The notes below the pieces were generated by a model. That model was not told where the DNA came from. It saw only the letters and a program-made list of their open reading frames with translations, and searched no databases. DNA of 64,000 nucleotides from Candidatus Latescibacterota bacterium (lineage in GTDB: Bacteria > Latescibacterota > UBA2968), in NCBI GenBank assembly GCA_965222605.1, contig OZ244960.1:3776001-3840000 (forward strand). The letters are read 5' to 3'. Within the stretch, counting starts at the first letter, position 1, and each line of letters opens with the position of its first letter. Shown here piece after piece: positions 10,394 to 19,239 of this stretch. The translations under genes were made by a program, and so were the position numbers.

Positions 10394-11065
10394 ATGAAAC
10401 GCAAAATTATCTACGCAGTTATCGGTGTTTTCGTTATTGGAGTTATTGGAAGTGTCGCTTTTGTGAAACATGCAGAGGCGCAAAGGGCCAAACGCCGCGG
10501 TATGCGCGGTATGGCGGTGCTGAAGTTGACGGATGAGCAGAAGGAGAAGATGTCTGATCTGCGTTCTGCCCATCAAAAAGCGATGATCGATTTGCGCGCG
10601 GCACACGCGAAAACGCGGATTGATTTGGGTGTGATTCGCAAGCAGGACAGTCCATCGGCTTCGGATATTCAGGCCAAGATCGATGTGATGATGGCGGCGC
10701 AGGGCAAAATTATGGCGCGCGAAATTCAGCACGGCATGGAGATAAAAAATTTGCTGACCGCTGAACAAAAGGAGAAACTCGGTGAGATGCGCGGCAAACG
10801 AGGGGGGCGCAAGGGGTTTCGCGGTCGCGGGGGACCTGGGTTCAGGGGACGCGGTGGTCCGGGTTTCAGAGGCCGTGGGGGACCTGGGTTCAGAGATAAC
10901 GATGGTCCCCGGTTCAGAGGACGCGGTGGTTTCCGCGGTCGCCGAGGTGGAGATCACGATCGGACTAAAAAGAAATCTGAGACGGAGGAAAAGTCTGAGA
11001 TGAAGGAGAAGTCCGAGATGAAGGAGAAGTCTGAACATCACAGTGAAGAGTCATCAGAGATGTAG
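10394..11065 (+). CDS. Spy/CpxP family periplasmic chaperone with repetitive tail
   Basis: Signal peptide, LTDEQ and LTAEQ (LTxxQ) motifs, GFRGRGGP and EKSEMK repeats. Confidence 0.8.
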   Translation: MKRKIIYAVIGVFVIGVIGSVAFVKHAEAQRAKRRGMRGMAVLKLTDEQKEKMSDLRSAHQKAMIDLRAAHAKTRIDLGVIRKQDSPSASDIQAKIDVMMAAQGKIMAREIQHGMEIKNLLTAEQKEKLGEMRGKRGGRKGFRGRGGPGFRGRGGPGFRGRGGPGFRDNDGPRFRGRGGFRGRRGGDHDRTKKKSETEEKSEMKEKSEMKEKSEHHSEESSEM

Positions 11066-11118
11066 TGCATCGCTGTCTGGTATGAACTGGCCTGAGGAGC
11101 GGCCAGTTGTACCCCGTC

Positions 11119-11146
11119 GTAGGGGACGGTCCCCGTGCCGTCCCGT
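11119..11146 (+). repeat. GTAG-type REP, identical to 34293-34320
   Basis: GTAGGGGACGGTCCCCGTGCCGTCCCGT, 28/28 identical, hairpin. Confidence 0.8.
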
Positions 11147-11175
11147 CCACAATCCAGTTTATCATTTGAACGCAT

Positions 11176-11209
11176 AAGCGCGGCGGGTTTTTCCCCGTCG
11201 CGCTTTTTT
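11176..11209 (+). terminator. Rho-independent terminator
   Basis: AAGCGCGGCGGG/CCCGTCGCGCTT stem plus T run. Confidence 0.75.
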
Positions 11210-11211
11210 AT

Positions 11212-11227
11212 TGGCATAAAAATTGCA
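11212..11227 (+). promoter_or_regulatory. Putative sigma54 -24/-12 promoter
   Basis: TGGCAT-AAAAA-TTGCA with GG-N10-GC spacing. Confidence 0.45.
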
Positions 11228-11358
11228 TTTGTTCCTATACTGAATACAATCCCCGTTAAAACCGCGCTTGCGTGTGGCGTTTTCGCAACAGGTGTGAATT
11301 TGATTCACACGCGAAGAGCGGTTCTAATCGGCTTTCAATATTTCAACAAAGGACAGCT

Positions 11359-12159
11359 ATGATTCGTACTATTTTTTTAAGTATAGGCTTTTTTATTTGT
11401 GTTATTTTTTCGTGTGTTGTGCAAGCGCAGGATCGCGTTGCCGTGGATATGGGGGGCGATTGGTTGCGACGCGATTGGGACGATTGCAGCGAGAATGTTA
11501 CGGGGCAACATCGAGATGGCGTGTTTGCGATTCGCAGCGATCATGCGGCGGCGCTTTTCTGGCAGGTGCCTACAAAAAATGGCACGGCGTTGTCAATTGA
11601 TCGCAGTCAGGGTTGGATCAGACGCTGTGACCGGCCGCCCAGGGGATTTGGAAAGGATGTTCGTGAACAGGCGCGGGGGCAGTATGATCTTATATCTGCA
11701 ACGGAGTATCCCTATATTTCGTGGCGCTGGCGGGTCAGCAACACGATTGATGATAGCGGTACGGCGGATCACAAAGGCAAGATTAAGAAATCGGGCGATG
11801 ATTTTGCAGCTAAGATCGGTATTTCGGTTCTCAATACCAGAGGGAAGTTGCGGGAAATTGCCTATCTCTGGACGCGCACTATACCCGAGGAGACTTCGCT
11901 GACACAGGTGACATCTGTTGCACTGGGCATTGTCAAATATAAGTGGTATCGCATTGTTGCCGAGAGCGGGGATCAAAATGCGAATCAGTGGGTTGGGGAG
12001 TCGCGCAATTTTTACAGGGATTTCAAACGCTTTTATCCCGATGAAGAACCCGCTGAGATTGTGCGCGTGTACCTTATGTCTGACTCGGATAATACGGGTA
12101 GTAGGGTGACGGGTGCGTTTGCGGATATCATGTTTCATCGAAAGCCTCCCGGTAATTAG
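11359..12159 (+). CDS. DUF3047-like secreted protein
   Basis: Signal peptide; YPYISWRWRV, GDDFAA and MSDSDNTG motifs. Confidence 0.75.
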   Translation: MIRTIFLSIGFFICVIFSCVVQAQDRVAVDMGGDWLRRDWDDCSENVTGQHRDGVFAIRSDHAAALFWQVPTKNGTALSIDRSQGWIRRCDRPPRGFGKDVREQARGQYDLISATEYPYISWRWRVSNTIDDSGTADHKGKIKKSGDDFAAKIGISVLNTRGKLREIAYLWTRTIPEETSLTQVTSVALGIVKYKWYRIVAESGDQNANQWVGESRNFYRDFKRFYPDEEPAEIVRVYLMSDSDNTGSRVTGAFADIMFHRKPPGN

Positions 12160-12165
12160 TAGGCT

Positions 12166-12194
12166 TTGACATTCGGCTTGCTATACCATATCTT
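12166..12194 (+). promoter_or_regulatory. Sigma70-type promoter
   Basis: TTGACA-17-TATCTT. Confidence 0.6.
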
Positions 12195-12231
12195 TTGCTC
12201 ATTCCTATGTGGATACAGGTGATATTGTTTT

Positions 12232-12413
12232 ACGTCATGTGTGACTTCATAATCAGTGGTCAGTTGCCCTGTCATTCTGAGCGGAGCGCAGCGGAGTCGA
12301 AGAATCTGCTGCTTGAACGGTGTGCATAGGTAAAAGATGCTTCGTCAGCCTATCGGCTTCCTCAGCATGACATAGCGTAGTAGCACATTCACTTTTAAAG
12401 TCACACATCGCGT
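12232..12413. mobile_element. MITE (182 bp) containing a REP doublet at 12270-12372
   Basis: 16-bp terminal inverted repeats (14/16; ACGTCATGTGTGACTT), 8-bp flanking direct repeat ATTGTTTT. Confidence 0.65.
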
Positions 12414-12422
12414 ATTGTTTTT

Positions 12423-12680
12423 ATGAATGAGGAAAAAAGACGAAAAAATGAGCGCAAGTTTCGCCAGTGGATATCTCTATCAGGTGGTGGACGGCGTTAT
12501 TCTTATGACGTGCTGAGTCGTAGAAATGGATGGAAAGCTCGATATATCAAAGATGTGAATGCCGATGAAGAAACAGTGCGTTTTTGGCAGGAAATTTACG
12601 ACGACCATGGAACATTGGTTGAAATTCATCAGAAGTTTCCAGAAGATACGGGGCATCAACAGATAAAGGATAAGGTATGA
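12423..12680 (+). CDS. Small hypothetical protein, first of a coupled TA-like pair
   Basis: 85 aa, ATGA overlap with the next gene. Confidence 0.7.
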   Translation: MNEEKRRKNERKFRQWISLSGGGRRYSYDVLSRRNGWKARYIKDVNADEETVRFWQEIYDDHGTLVEIHQKFPEDTGHQQIKDKV

Positions 12681-12940
12681 TTACGCGGGATGTTTTGGCT
12701 GATCGCTTAAAATTTTATCTCAACGGACAACTCTCGCTTGAATCACTTGTGTCCTGGGCTGAAGATGCGATGATGGAAGGGGAATTTGAGGAAAGAGATT
12801 TGCCGTTGATTCGCGATATTGTTGCTAAGTTGGGTGTTTCAGATGTTGCGGCCTTTGGCTTGACCTGGGAAGATGCGCGGTCCATGTTGGAGGCTCTTGG
12901 TTACCGTCCAAAGTTATCTTTTGAAATGATGGAGAGGTAG
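12677..12940 (+). CDS. Small acidic helical protein, immunity/antitoxin-like
   Basis: 87 aa, AAGG RBS, translationally coupled. Confidence 0.7.
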   Translation: MITRDVLADRLKFYLNGQLSLESLVSWAEDAMMEGEFEERDLPLIRDIVAKLGVSDVAAFGLTWEDARSMLEALGYRPKLSFEMMER

Positions 12941-12996
12941 TTATACTTTTGTCAGGCTGATGCTTTTTGTGCTGAAGACCGGCGCGAAAAACCCGC

Positions 12997-13025
12997 TTGA
13001 CTTTGCCAAAGCCCCGATATATCTT
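12997..13025 (+). promoter_or_regulatory. Sigma70-type promoter
   Basis: TTGACT-17-TATCTT. Confidence 0.55.
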
Positions 13026-13066
13026 CTGCATCATTCAGTTTGATTCGCAGATATAGTGAGATTAAC

Positions 13067-13252
13067 ATGATTTTTGCAACCCACCAGAATAATACCCAAC
13101 AGATGATGGATAGCTGCGCCAGCAGTGCAACTGCGCAGATGTCATTTATCCGTGCCATTGGTCATGTGTGCCCGGATGGTGGATCGAATCTCGCGGTTTT
13201 CACGGGTAATGACAAAAATATTATTGGCGGGTTCAAAATGAGACAGACTTAA
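13067..13252 (+). CDS. Putative leader ORF (61 aa)
   Basis: Lies between a promoter and a terminator; its 3' end contains a sequence complementary to the terminator stem. Confidence 0.4.
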   Translation: MIFATHQNNTQQMMDSCASSATAQMSFIRAIGHVCPDGGSNLAVFTGNDKNIIGGFKMRQT

Positions 13253-13278
13253 ATGTAAATCATAGTCTTGCAAAAACG

Positions 13279-13310
13279 AACCCGCTGAAGATACTTCGGC
13301 GGGTTTTTTT
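13279..13310 (+). terminator. Terminator or attenuator upstream of the VOC gene
   Basis: AACCCGCTGAAG/CTTCGGCGGGTT stem plus T7. Confidence 0.75.
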
Positions 13311-13350
13311 ATTGGTGGTTAGACCCCTTCGGGGAGAAAGGACATGCAAG

Positions 13351-13812
13351 GTGGAATCCGATTTCGACTACCAGATGCCGTCCTATACAACACTGATGGT
13401 TCACGATCTCAACATATCCACACGCTGGTATTGCGATACGCTCGGTTTTTCCCTGGTTTCACAGATGCCGGGTGCTAATGGCGATCCCATTATGTCGCAT
13501 TTGCGGTGGGCGCCCCATGCGGATTTGATTTTGATGGAGGAGGGGCCAAATGTTTTGATTTCAAGCACCCGGGGCGCGGGTGTTACGCTCAATTTTACGG
13601 TGTTGCGCGAATCGGTTGATGCGATTGCCAAACGGGTGCGACGCGATGGCAATGTCCAGATTTCCGGTCCGCACGATCGCCCGTGGAATGCGCGAGAGGT
13701 TATTGTGATAGATCCCAATGGGTATCGGCTCAATTTCACAGAGCCGCTACGCGCACCTATTGATGGCGATGATTTGATGAATGAGGTTATAAAAGAAATC
13801 ACTTTGAACTGA
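13351..13812 (+). CDS. VOC/glyoxalase family protein (start uncertain)
   Basis: LMVHDLNISTRWYCDTLGF and DRPWNAREVIVIDPNGYRL motifs. Confidence 0.8.
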   Translation: MESDFDYQMPSYTTLMVHDLNISTRWYCDTLGFSLVSQMPGANGDPIMSHLRWAPHADLILMEEGPNVLISSTRGAGVTLNFTVLRESVDAIAKRVRRDGNVQISGPHDRPWNAREVIVIDPNGYRLNFTEPLRAPIDGDDLMNEVIKEITLN

Positions 13813-13833
13813 TATTTCAGGAGATGCAGACTT

Positions 13834-15414
13834 ATGCCCGAATTGTCCTGGTCTTTTCCGTATCCTTCCCAACGCATGCCGGTTATGGCGCGCAATGTGG
13901 TTGCGACGTCTCAACCGCTGGCTGCTCAGGCGGGGTTGCAGATGTTGCAAAAAGGTGGCAATGCTGTAGATGCGGCTCTGGCGACAGCCATGGCGCTTAC
14001 TGTTGTTGAACCCAATATGAATGGTATAGGCAGCGATGCATTTTGCATTTTGTGGGATGGTGAACAAATATATGGTCTCAACGCATCGGGGCGTTCCCCA
14101 AAAGCGTGGTCGTCCGAATTATTTGCAGCGTATGCTCAGATGCCCCAGCGCGGTTGGGATGCCGTGACTGTGCCCGGCTGTGTTTCGGCGTGGGTTGCGC
14201 TTTCAGAGCGGTTTGGCAAGTTGCCGTTTGAGGCGTTGTTTGAACCCGCGGTTCATTATGCCCGCAATGGTTTTGGGGTTTCGCCTATTACGGGACATAG
14301 CTGGGCACAGGCTGTGTATAATTACGGCGATATGCCCGATTGGATGGCGACTTTTGCACCCCGGGGCCGTGCGCCTAAGATTGGTGAAAAATTTGTGTGT
14401 GGCGCGCAGGCGCGTACGCTTGAACGCATTGCGGAGACAAGAGGAGAGGCTTTTTATTCGGGCGATCTGGCAGAAAAGATCGTTGCGCATGCAAAACGCA
14501 CTGGCGGTGCGATGACAGAAGAAGATCTGGCAGAGCATCGGGCAGATTGGGTGGATACGATGACGATGGATTTTGGGGATTATTCGCTGCACGAAATTCC
14601 GCCGAATGGTCAGGGTATTGCGGCGCTTATTGCACTGGGCATATTGGAGAATTGGGATCTGTCCGGGTATGCTGTTGATTCGGCAGATAGCTTACATCTT
14701 CAGATTGAGGCGATGAAGTTGGCGTATGCCGATACGCACAGGTACGTATCTGATCCGAATACGCGGGATATTGAGTACGCGCAATTGCTCGATCTGGATT
14801 ATTTGGCTCAGCGCGCCAGGTTGATTGATCTGAAAAGGGCGGGGGTGCCCACTTTTGGCATGCCGCGTGGCGATACGGTTTATCTCACGGCTGCAGATGA
14901 AGATGGGATGATGGTTTCGTTTATTCAGTCCAATTATATGGGTTTTGGCTCTGGTATTGTGATTCCGGATACGGGTATTAGCATGCAAAATCGGGGCGCG
15001 GGTTTTGTTCTGACAGAGGGCCATCCCAATCGCGTGGATGGGGGCAAGCGACCGTATCACACGATTATTCCGGCGTTTGCGACCCGAGAGGGTCAACCTG
15101 TGATGTCATTCGGCGTTATGGGAGGGCATATGCAGCCGCAAGGTCACGCGCAGATGATGATTCGAATTTTTGCTTATGGTCAAAATCCGCAGGCTGCGTG
15201 CGATGCGCCCCGATGGCAGGTTTTTGGCGGCTTGGGTGTGGGTATTGAGCCCGGCGTGGATGCGGGTGTGCTCGACGATCTTCGCGCTCGCGGGCACGAT
15301 ATTCAAATTCCGCCGACTATTGGATATGGCGGGGGTCAACTTATTTATAAACTGGACGATGGTTATTGCGCGGCTTCCGATCCTCGCAAGGATGGTCTGG
15401 CAGTGGGGTATTGA
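13834..15414 (+). CDS. ggt: Gamma-glutamyltransferase family protein
   Basis: GGNAVDAA, catalytic Thr in GDTVY, KRPYHTIIP, GVMGGHMQPQG, SDPRKDG. Confidence 0.92.
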   Translation: MPELSWSFPYPSQRMPVMARNVVATSQPLAAQAGLQMLQKGGNAVDAALATAMALTVVEPNMNGIGSDAFCILWDGEQIYGLNASGRSPKAWSSELFAAYAQMPQRGWDAVTVPGCVSAWVALSERFGKLPFEALFEPAVHYARNGFGVSPITGHSWAQAVYNYGDMPDWMATFAPRGRAPKIGEKFVCGAQARTLERIAETRGEAFYSGDLAEKIVAHAKRTGGAMTEEDLAEHRADWVDTMTMDFGDYSLHEIPPNGQGIAALIALGILENWDLSGYAVDSADSLHLQIEAMKLAYADTHRYVSDPNTRDIEYAQLLDLDYLAQRARLIDLKRAGVPTFGMPRGDTVYLTAADEDGMMVSFIQSNYMGFGSGIVIPDTGISMQNRGAGFVLTEGHPNRVDGGKRPYHTIIPAFATREGQPVMSFGVMGGHMQPQGHAQMMIRIFAYGQNPQAACDAPRWQVFGGLGVGIEPGVDAGVLDDLRARGHDIQIPPTIGYGGGQLIYKLDDGYCAASDPRKDGLAVGY

Positions 15415-15439
15415 ATATGCGGAATAAGGTGTTGTAATC

Positions 15440-16174
15440 ATGAGCAAACGCAAAGATACAGCCTGGCAGGCGCGAGATCTGGCGCAGAAATATCTCAAGA
15501 ATATCCGGCAGGCAATTCCGCTGTCCGACGAACAGATTGCCGTTATGTGCCGGGTAATCAATGCGGATGATCACAGGGTAAATACTGTGCTCGATCTGGG
15601 ATGTGGTGATGGCATCCTCGGCGCTGCGGTTCTTGAACACCACCCGGATGCACGCGGCGTTTTTGTGGATTTTTCTGAGGCTATGATTGAGGCAGCGCAG
15701 AAACGGTTTGCGGGGACGGCCTCACAGCATCGTTTTGTTATTGGCGATTATGCGATGTCCGACTGGATCAGTCTGGTTGCAGATGACGCGCCTTATGATG
15801 CGATTGTATCGGGTTTTTCGATTCATCACCAGAGCGATGAACGCAAGCGCGAGGTTTATGGCGAGATTTTCGATCTGCTATCTCCCAATGGCGTGTTTGT
15901 CAATGTCGAGCATGTTCGCTCGCCGTCGAAGTGGGTTGAGTCGCGTTTTGCCGATCGCTTTATTGACGCGCTTTATGATTCTGTCACGCGGCGAGACCCA
16001 AATGCATCTCGCGATGAAATTGCACGGGCTTATTATTATCGCGATGACAAACAGGCGAATATTCTCGCGTCTGTTGAAGATCAATGTGAATGGCTCAGAG
16101 ATATTGGTTTTTCAGATGTAGATTGTTATTTCAAGCTTTTTGAACTCGCTGTTTTTGGTGGGAGAAAAATTTAA
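15440..16174 (+). CDS. Class I SAM-dependent methyltransferase
   Basis: VLDLGCGDG motif I, SGFSIHH. Confidence 0.88.
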   Translation: MSKRKDTAWQARDLAQKYLKNIRQAIPLSDEQIAVMCRVINADDHRVNTVLDLGCGDGILGAAVLEHHPDARGVFVDFSEAMIEAAQKRFAGTASQHRFVIGDYAMSDWISLVADDAPYDAIVSGFSIHHQSDERKREVYGEIFDLLSPNGVFVNVEHVRSPSKWVESRFADRFIDALYDSVTRRDPNASRDEIARAYYYRDDKQANILASVEDQCEWLRDIGFSDVDCYFKLFELAVFGGRKI

Positions 16175-16184
16175 TTAAAACTGG

Positions 16185-16283
16185 ATGAATACTATGTATA
16201 TGCACTATTTCCAAATCTCTCAGTTCACAGGCAATAATAATGACGATAATAATCCGATCCGGCGACGGGCTGGACCGGCATAG
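16185..16283 (+). CDS. aspS leader peptide, up to 32 aa, with NNNDDNN control codons
   Basis: MNTMYMHYFQISQFTGNNNDDNNPIRRRAGPA*; alternative ATGs at 16194 and 16200. Confidence 0.78.
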   Translation: MNTMYMHYFQISQFTGNNNDDNNPIRRRAGPA

Positions 16284-16343
16284 GTCGTCTTGTGCCATCA
16301 TGAAAGTGCCCGTTGTCGAAGAATGCGACAACGGGCTTTTTTT
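16260..16343 (+). terminator. aspS attenuator
   Basis: Perfect 11-bp stem 16308-16318/16326-16336 plus T7; 16260-16270 can pair alternatively with 16308-16318. Confidence 0.8.
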
Positions 16344-16368
16344 GTACCTAAATCAAAAGGAATTTGTC

Positions 16369-17676
16369 ATGAAATACATAGCAATATCTGAACTGTCCAA
16401 ACACATCGGCCAAAACGTTACGCTTCAGGGATGGGTGCATACCCTGCGAGACCAAAAGCATGTCCAATTTCTCATTTTGAGAAATCGCACGGGAAGTGTA
16501 CAGGTTGTTCACGAAAAGACAGGGGCGTTGGCAGGGCAGGTCTCTGCACTTACGCGAGAATCGGCGATAGCCATAAGCGGGCGCGTTGTCGAAAATTTGA
16601 GTGTTCGTCTGGGTGGTGTTGAAATTCAGCTTGCGGAGTTGCGCGTTGTCAATGTAGCCGAATCCCCGTTACCCCTGGATCCGTTTTCCGAAAATGCATC
16701 GGGTATAGATCATAGGCTGGACTGGCGGCATATTGATCTTCGCGTTCCGCGAAATCGGTTGATCTTTGAGATACAGACCACTGTTGAAAGGGCTATGCGC
16801 GAGTACTGGATGCGGAATCATTTTATTGAAATCCACTCGCCCAAATTCATGGGTACAGCCAGTGAATCGGGGGCTGAATTGTTCGCGCTGCCGTATTTCA
16901 ATACCACAGCTTATCTGGCGCAATCGCCCCAGTTTTACAAACAGATGGCGATGGCGTCTGGTTTTGATCGCGTGTTTGAGATCGCGCCCGTTTTTCGCGC
17001 CGATCCCTCGTTTACTTCGCGCCACACGACAGAGTTTACCAGTGTGGATGTTGAGATCGCATGGATTGATGGTCACGAGGATGTGATGGCGTGCGAAGAA
17101 GCGTGGCTCCAGCATGTCATTCAAGTAGTGCGAGAAAAACACGGTGACGCTATTGCCGAAAATTACGGTGTTGAAATTATGGTGCCGGCGGTGCCTTTTC
17201 CGCGCGTTACAATGGCCGAGGCATTGGCAGTGTTGTCTGAACTGGGCCACACGCCAGAGCGGGAAGGCGACCTCGATCCAAAAGGCGAACGTTTGCTCGG
17301 TGAATATATCCGGAAGACTCAGGGATGCGATTATGTCTTTGTGATAGACTACCCGGTGTCTGTGCGGCCATTTTATCACATGCGTCATGCAGAACACCCC
17401 GAGTTGACCAGGAGCTTTGACCTTCTCTGCCATGGTGTGGAGATCACTACAGGGGCGCAGCGCGAACACCGTCCCGATGTTCTGAAAGCGCAGGCAAGAG
17501 AGAAAGGGCTGGATTTAGAGACTATCCAATTTTATCTGGATTTTTTTAAGTACGGATGTCCACCGCATGGGGGATTTGGTTTTGGCCTGTCGCGCCTGCT
17601 TATGGTTATGCTCGGATTGTCCAATGTGCGCGAGACGACCTTTTTGTCTCGCACGCCCAATAGATTGCATCCATAA
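16369..17676 (+). CDS. aspS: Archaeal-type (probably non-discriminating) aspartate-tRNA(Asp/Asn) ligase
   Basis: 435 aa with no GAD insertion; GWVHTLRD, AYLAQSPQFYKQ, GAQREH, PPHGGFGFGLSR; AAGGA RBS. Confidence 0.92.
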   Translation: MKYIAISELSKHIGQNVTLQGWVHTLRDQKHVQFLILRNRTGSVQVVHEKTGALAGQVSALTRESAIAISGRVVENLSVRLGGVEIQLAELRVVNVAESPLPLDPFSENASGIDHRLDWRHIDLRVPRNRLIFEIQTTVERAMREYWMRNHFIEIHSPKFMGTASESGAELFALPYFNTTAYLAQSPQFYKQMAMASGFDRVFEIAPVFRADPSFTSRHTTEFTSVDVEIAWIDGHEDVMACEEAWLQHVIQVVREKHGDAIAENYGVEIMVPAVPFPRVTMAEALAVLSELGHTPEREGDLDPKGERLLGEYIRKTQGCDYVFVIDYPVSVRPFYHMRHAEHPELTRSFDLLCHGVEITTGAQREHRPDVLKAQAREKGLDLETIQFYLDFFKYGCPPHGGFGFGLSRLLMVMLGLSNVRETTFLSRTPNRLHP

Positions 17677-17677
17677 A

Positions 17678-17711
17678 AAAATCCCCGGCAGTTCAAAGCT
17701 GTCGGGGATTC
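17678..17711. terminator. Terminator between convergent genes
   Basis: AATCCCCGGCAG/CTGTCGGGGATT stem preceded by an A run. Confidence 0.65.
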
Positions 17712-17729
17712 GTCTCAGAAGGTAATTTT

Positions 17730-18026
17730 TTATTTTGTCCGCGTCGCCAACCAGCGCTGAATAGACTGCTTACTCTCGCTGCTATGCCTACCAGCCAACA
17801 AACCTTCAATACCGATATGCTCATCCAAATCAGGCCATTCAATAGCATATCCATCGCCTAACAACTGCCAGTTTTGCCGCTCCGCATTTGTTCCATGCAT
17901 CAGACGAGGATACCATTTAAAAGGAATGGAAAAACTACGCCCATCCTCTAACGATACGATAAACTTTCTATCTTCCATTTGAACATCAATAGCTACAGGT
18001 TCAATTTCAAGCATTAAAGTGGTCAT
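17730..18026 (-). CDS. DUF2442 domain protein (antitoxin-like)
   Basis: IPFKWYPRL and IEWPDLDEHIGIEGLL motifs. Confidence 0.85.
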   Translation of the reverse strand: MTTLMLEIEPVAIDVQMEDRKFIVSLEDGRSFSIPFKWYPRLMHGTNAERQNWQLLGDGYAIEWPDLDEHIGIEGLLAGRHSSESKQSIQRWLATRTK

Positions 18027-18086
18027 GCCACGCCTCCAAAAATCTTTGGAGAAATATAGCCCAACGCCTTTTCAATGTCAATTAAT
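18007..18086 (-). pseudogene. C-terminal remnant of a DUF4160-like partner gene
   Basis: LIDIEKAL, then after a frameshift LQRFLEAWHDHFNA*, overlapping the DUF2442 start; no 5' part found. Confidence 0.5.
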
Positions 18087-18230
18087 CGCCAAATACTCAA
18101 CGCTTCACTCCGTATCAAGCGGGGCCCCATTTGTGGATGTTTGTGCTGCGCTGTACTTGAGTATTGCGTAATATCAGTTTTTAATTTTAATTTTTGATTG
18201 AGGTGGGTATTACATGAGAGAGGAGATTTT

Positions 18231-19226
18231 ATGCGTCAATACGATGTATATGGGCTGGGCAATGCGCTGGTGGATATCCAGTTTCGGGTTGACCCGTCAT
18301 TTTTTGAAGCGATGGGGATTGATAAGGGTGTGATGACGCTGATTGACGGAGATCGCCAGCGCGCGTTGATCGATGCTTTGGGTGGGAAAGAGATGGCGCG
18401 TTCGTCGGGTGGTTCGGCAGCCAATACGATGATCGCGTTGGCCAATTGTGGTGGAAGGGGATATTATGGATGCAAAGTGGCCGAGGATGCAGATGGCGAG
18501 TTTTATCTTCGCGATCTCAGTGCTGCGGGGGTGGCGTCCAATCCGTCACATCTCGGGCAGGGGGTTACGGGCAAGTGTCTGGTGATGATTACGGAGGATG
18601 CGGATCGCACGATGAATACATTTTTGGGGATTACGAGTACGTTTGGTGTGGCGCAGGTTGAGGATGCTGTGATTGCCGACAGTCAGTTTATTTATATCGA
18701 GGGTTATCTAATTGCAGCAGACGATGGCTTTGAAGCGGCACAGGTGGCGCAAAAGGTGGCGCAGGAGCACGGTACAAAGGTCGCGCTCACTCTGAGCGAT
18801 CCGTCTATTGTGGCTGCTTTTAAGGATCGGATGACCGCATTGGTCGATGCAGGCGTGGATATGCTGTTTTGCAATGAGGATGAAGGCAGGATATTTACCG
18901 GTGCCGAGACAACGGAAGAGGCTTTTGGCGCATTGCGCCAACGAGTAGGCGGTTTGGCTCTGACGTATGGTGCTGACGGTGCCCGGGTCTGCGACGGTGG
19001 TGATGTGTTGCATGTACCGGGTTTTGAGGTAGATGCTGTGGATACCAATGGCGCAGGTGACTCGTTTGCCGGCGCGTATTTGTTTGCTGTGACCCAGGGT
19101 TACGACACGGCTCAGGCTGCGAGGCTCGCAACGTATGTGTCCTCGCGCGTTGTCGCCAAATACGGTCCGCGTTTTGAAAGAAAATTGAATGCGGTAGAAG
19201 TCAACCGGATTTTAAAAATGCATTAA
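18231..19226 (+). CDS. PfkB family carbohydrate/adenosine kinase
   Basis: GNALVD, SGGSAANT, DTNGAGDSFAG. Confidence 0.92.
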   Translation: MRQYDVYGLGNALVDIQFRVDPSFFEAMGIDKGVMTLIDGDRQRALIDALGGKEMARSSGGSAANTMIALANCGGRGYYGCKVAEDADGEFYLRDLSAAGVASNPSHLGQGVTGKCLVMITEDADRTMNTFLGITSTFGVAQVEDAVIADSQFIYIEGYLIAADDGFEAAQVAQKVAQEHGTKVALTLSDPSIVAAFKDRMTALVDAGVDMLFCNEDEGRIFTGAETTEEAFGALRQRVGGLALTYGADGARVCDGGDVLHVPGFEVDAVDTNGAGDSFAGAYLFAVTQGYDTAQAARLATYVSSRVVAKYGPRFERKLNAVEVNRILKMH

Positions 19227-19239
19227 CCTTACCATCAAT

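Noticed and set aside
10815-11040. 24-nt and 18-nt tandem repeats as a CRISPR array
   Set aside because: They are in-frame coding repeats with no spacers, and no cas genes are present.
16240-16368. ORF-track N-terminal extension of aspS
   Set aside because: It runs through the attenuator. The RBS and domain start support ATG 16369.
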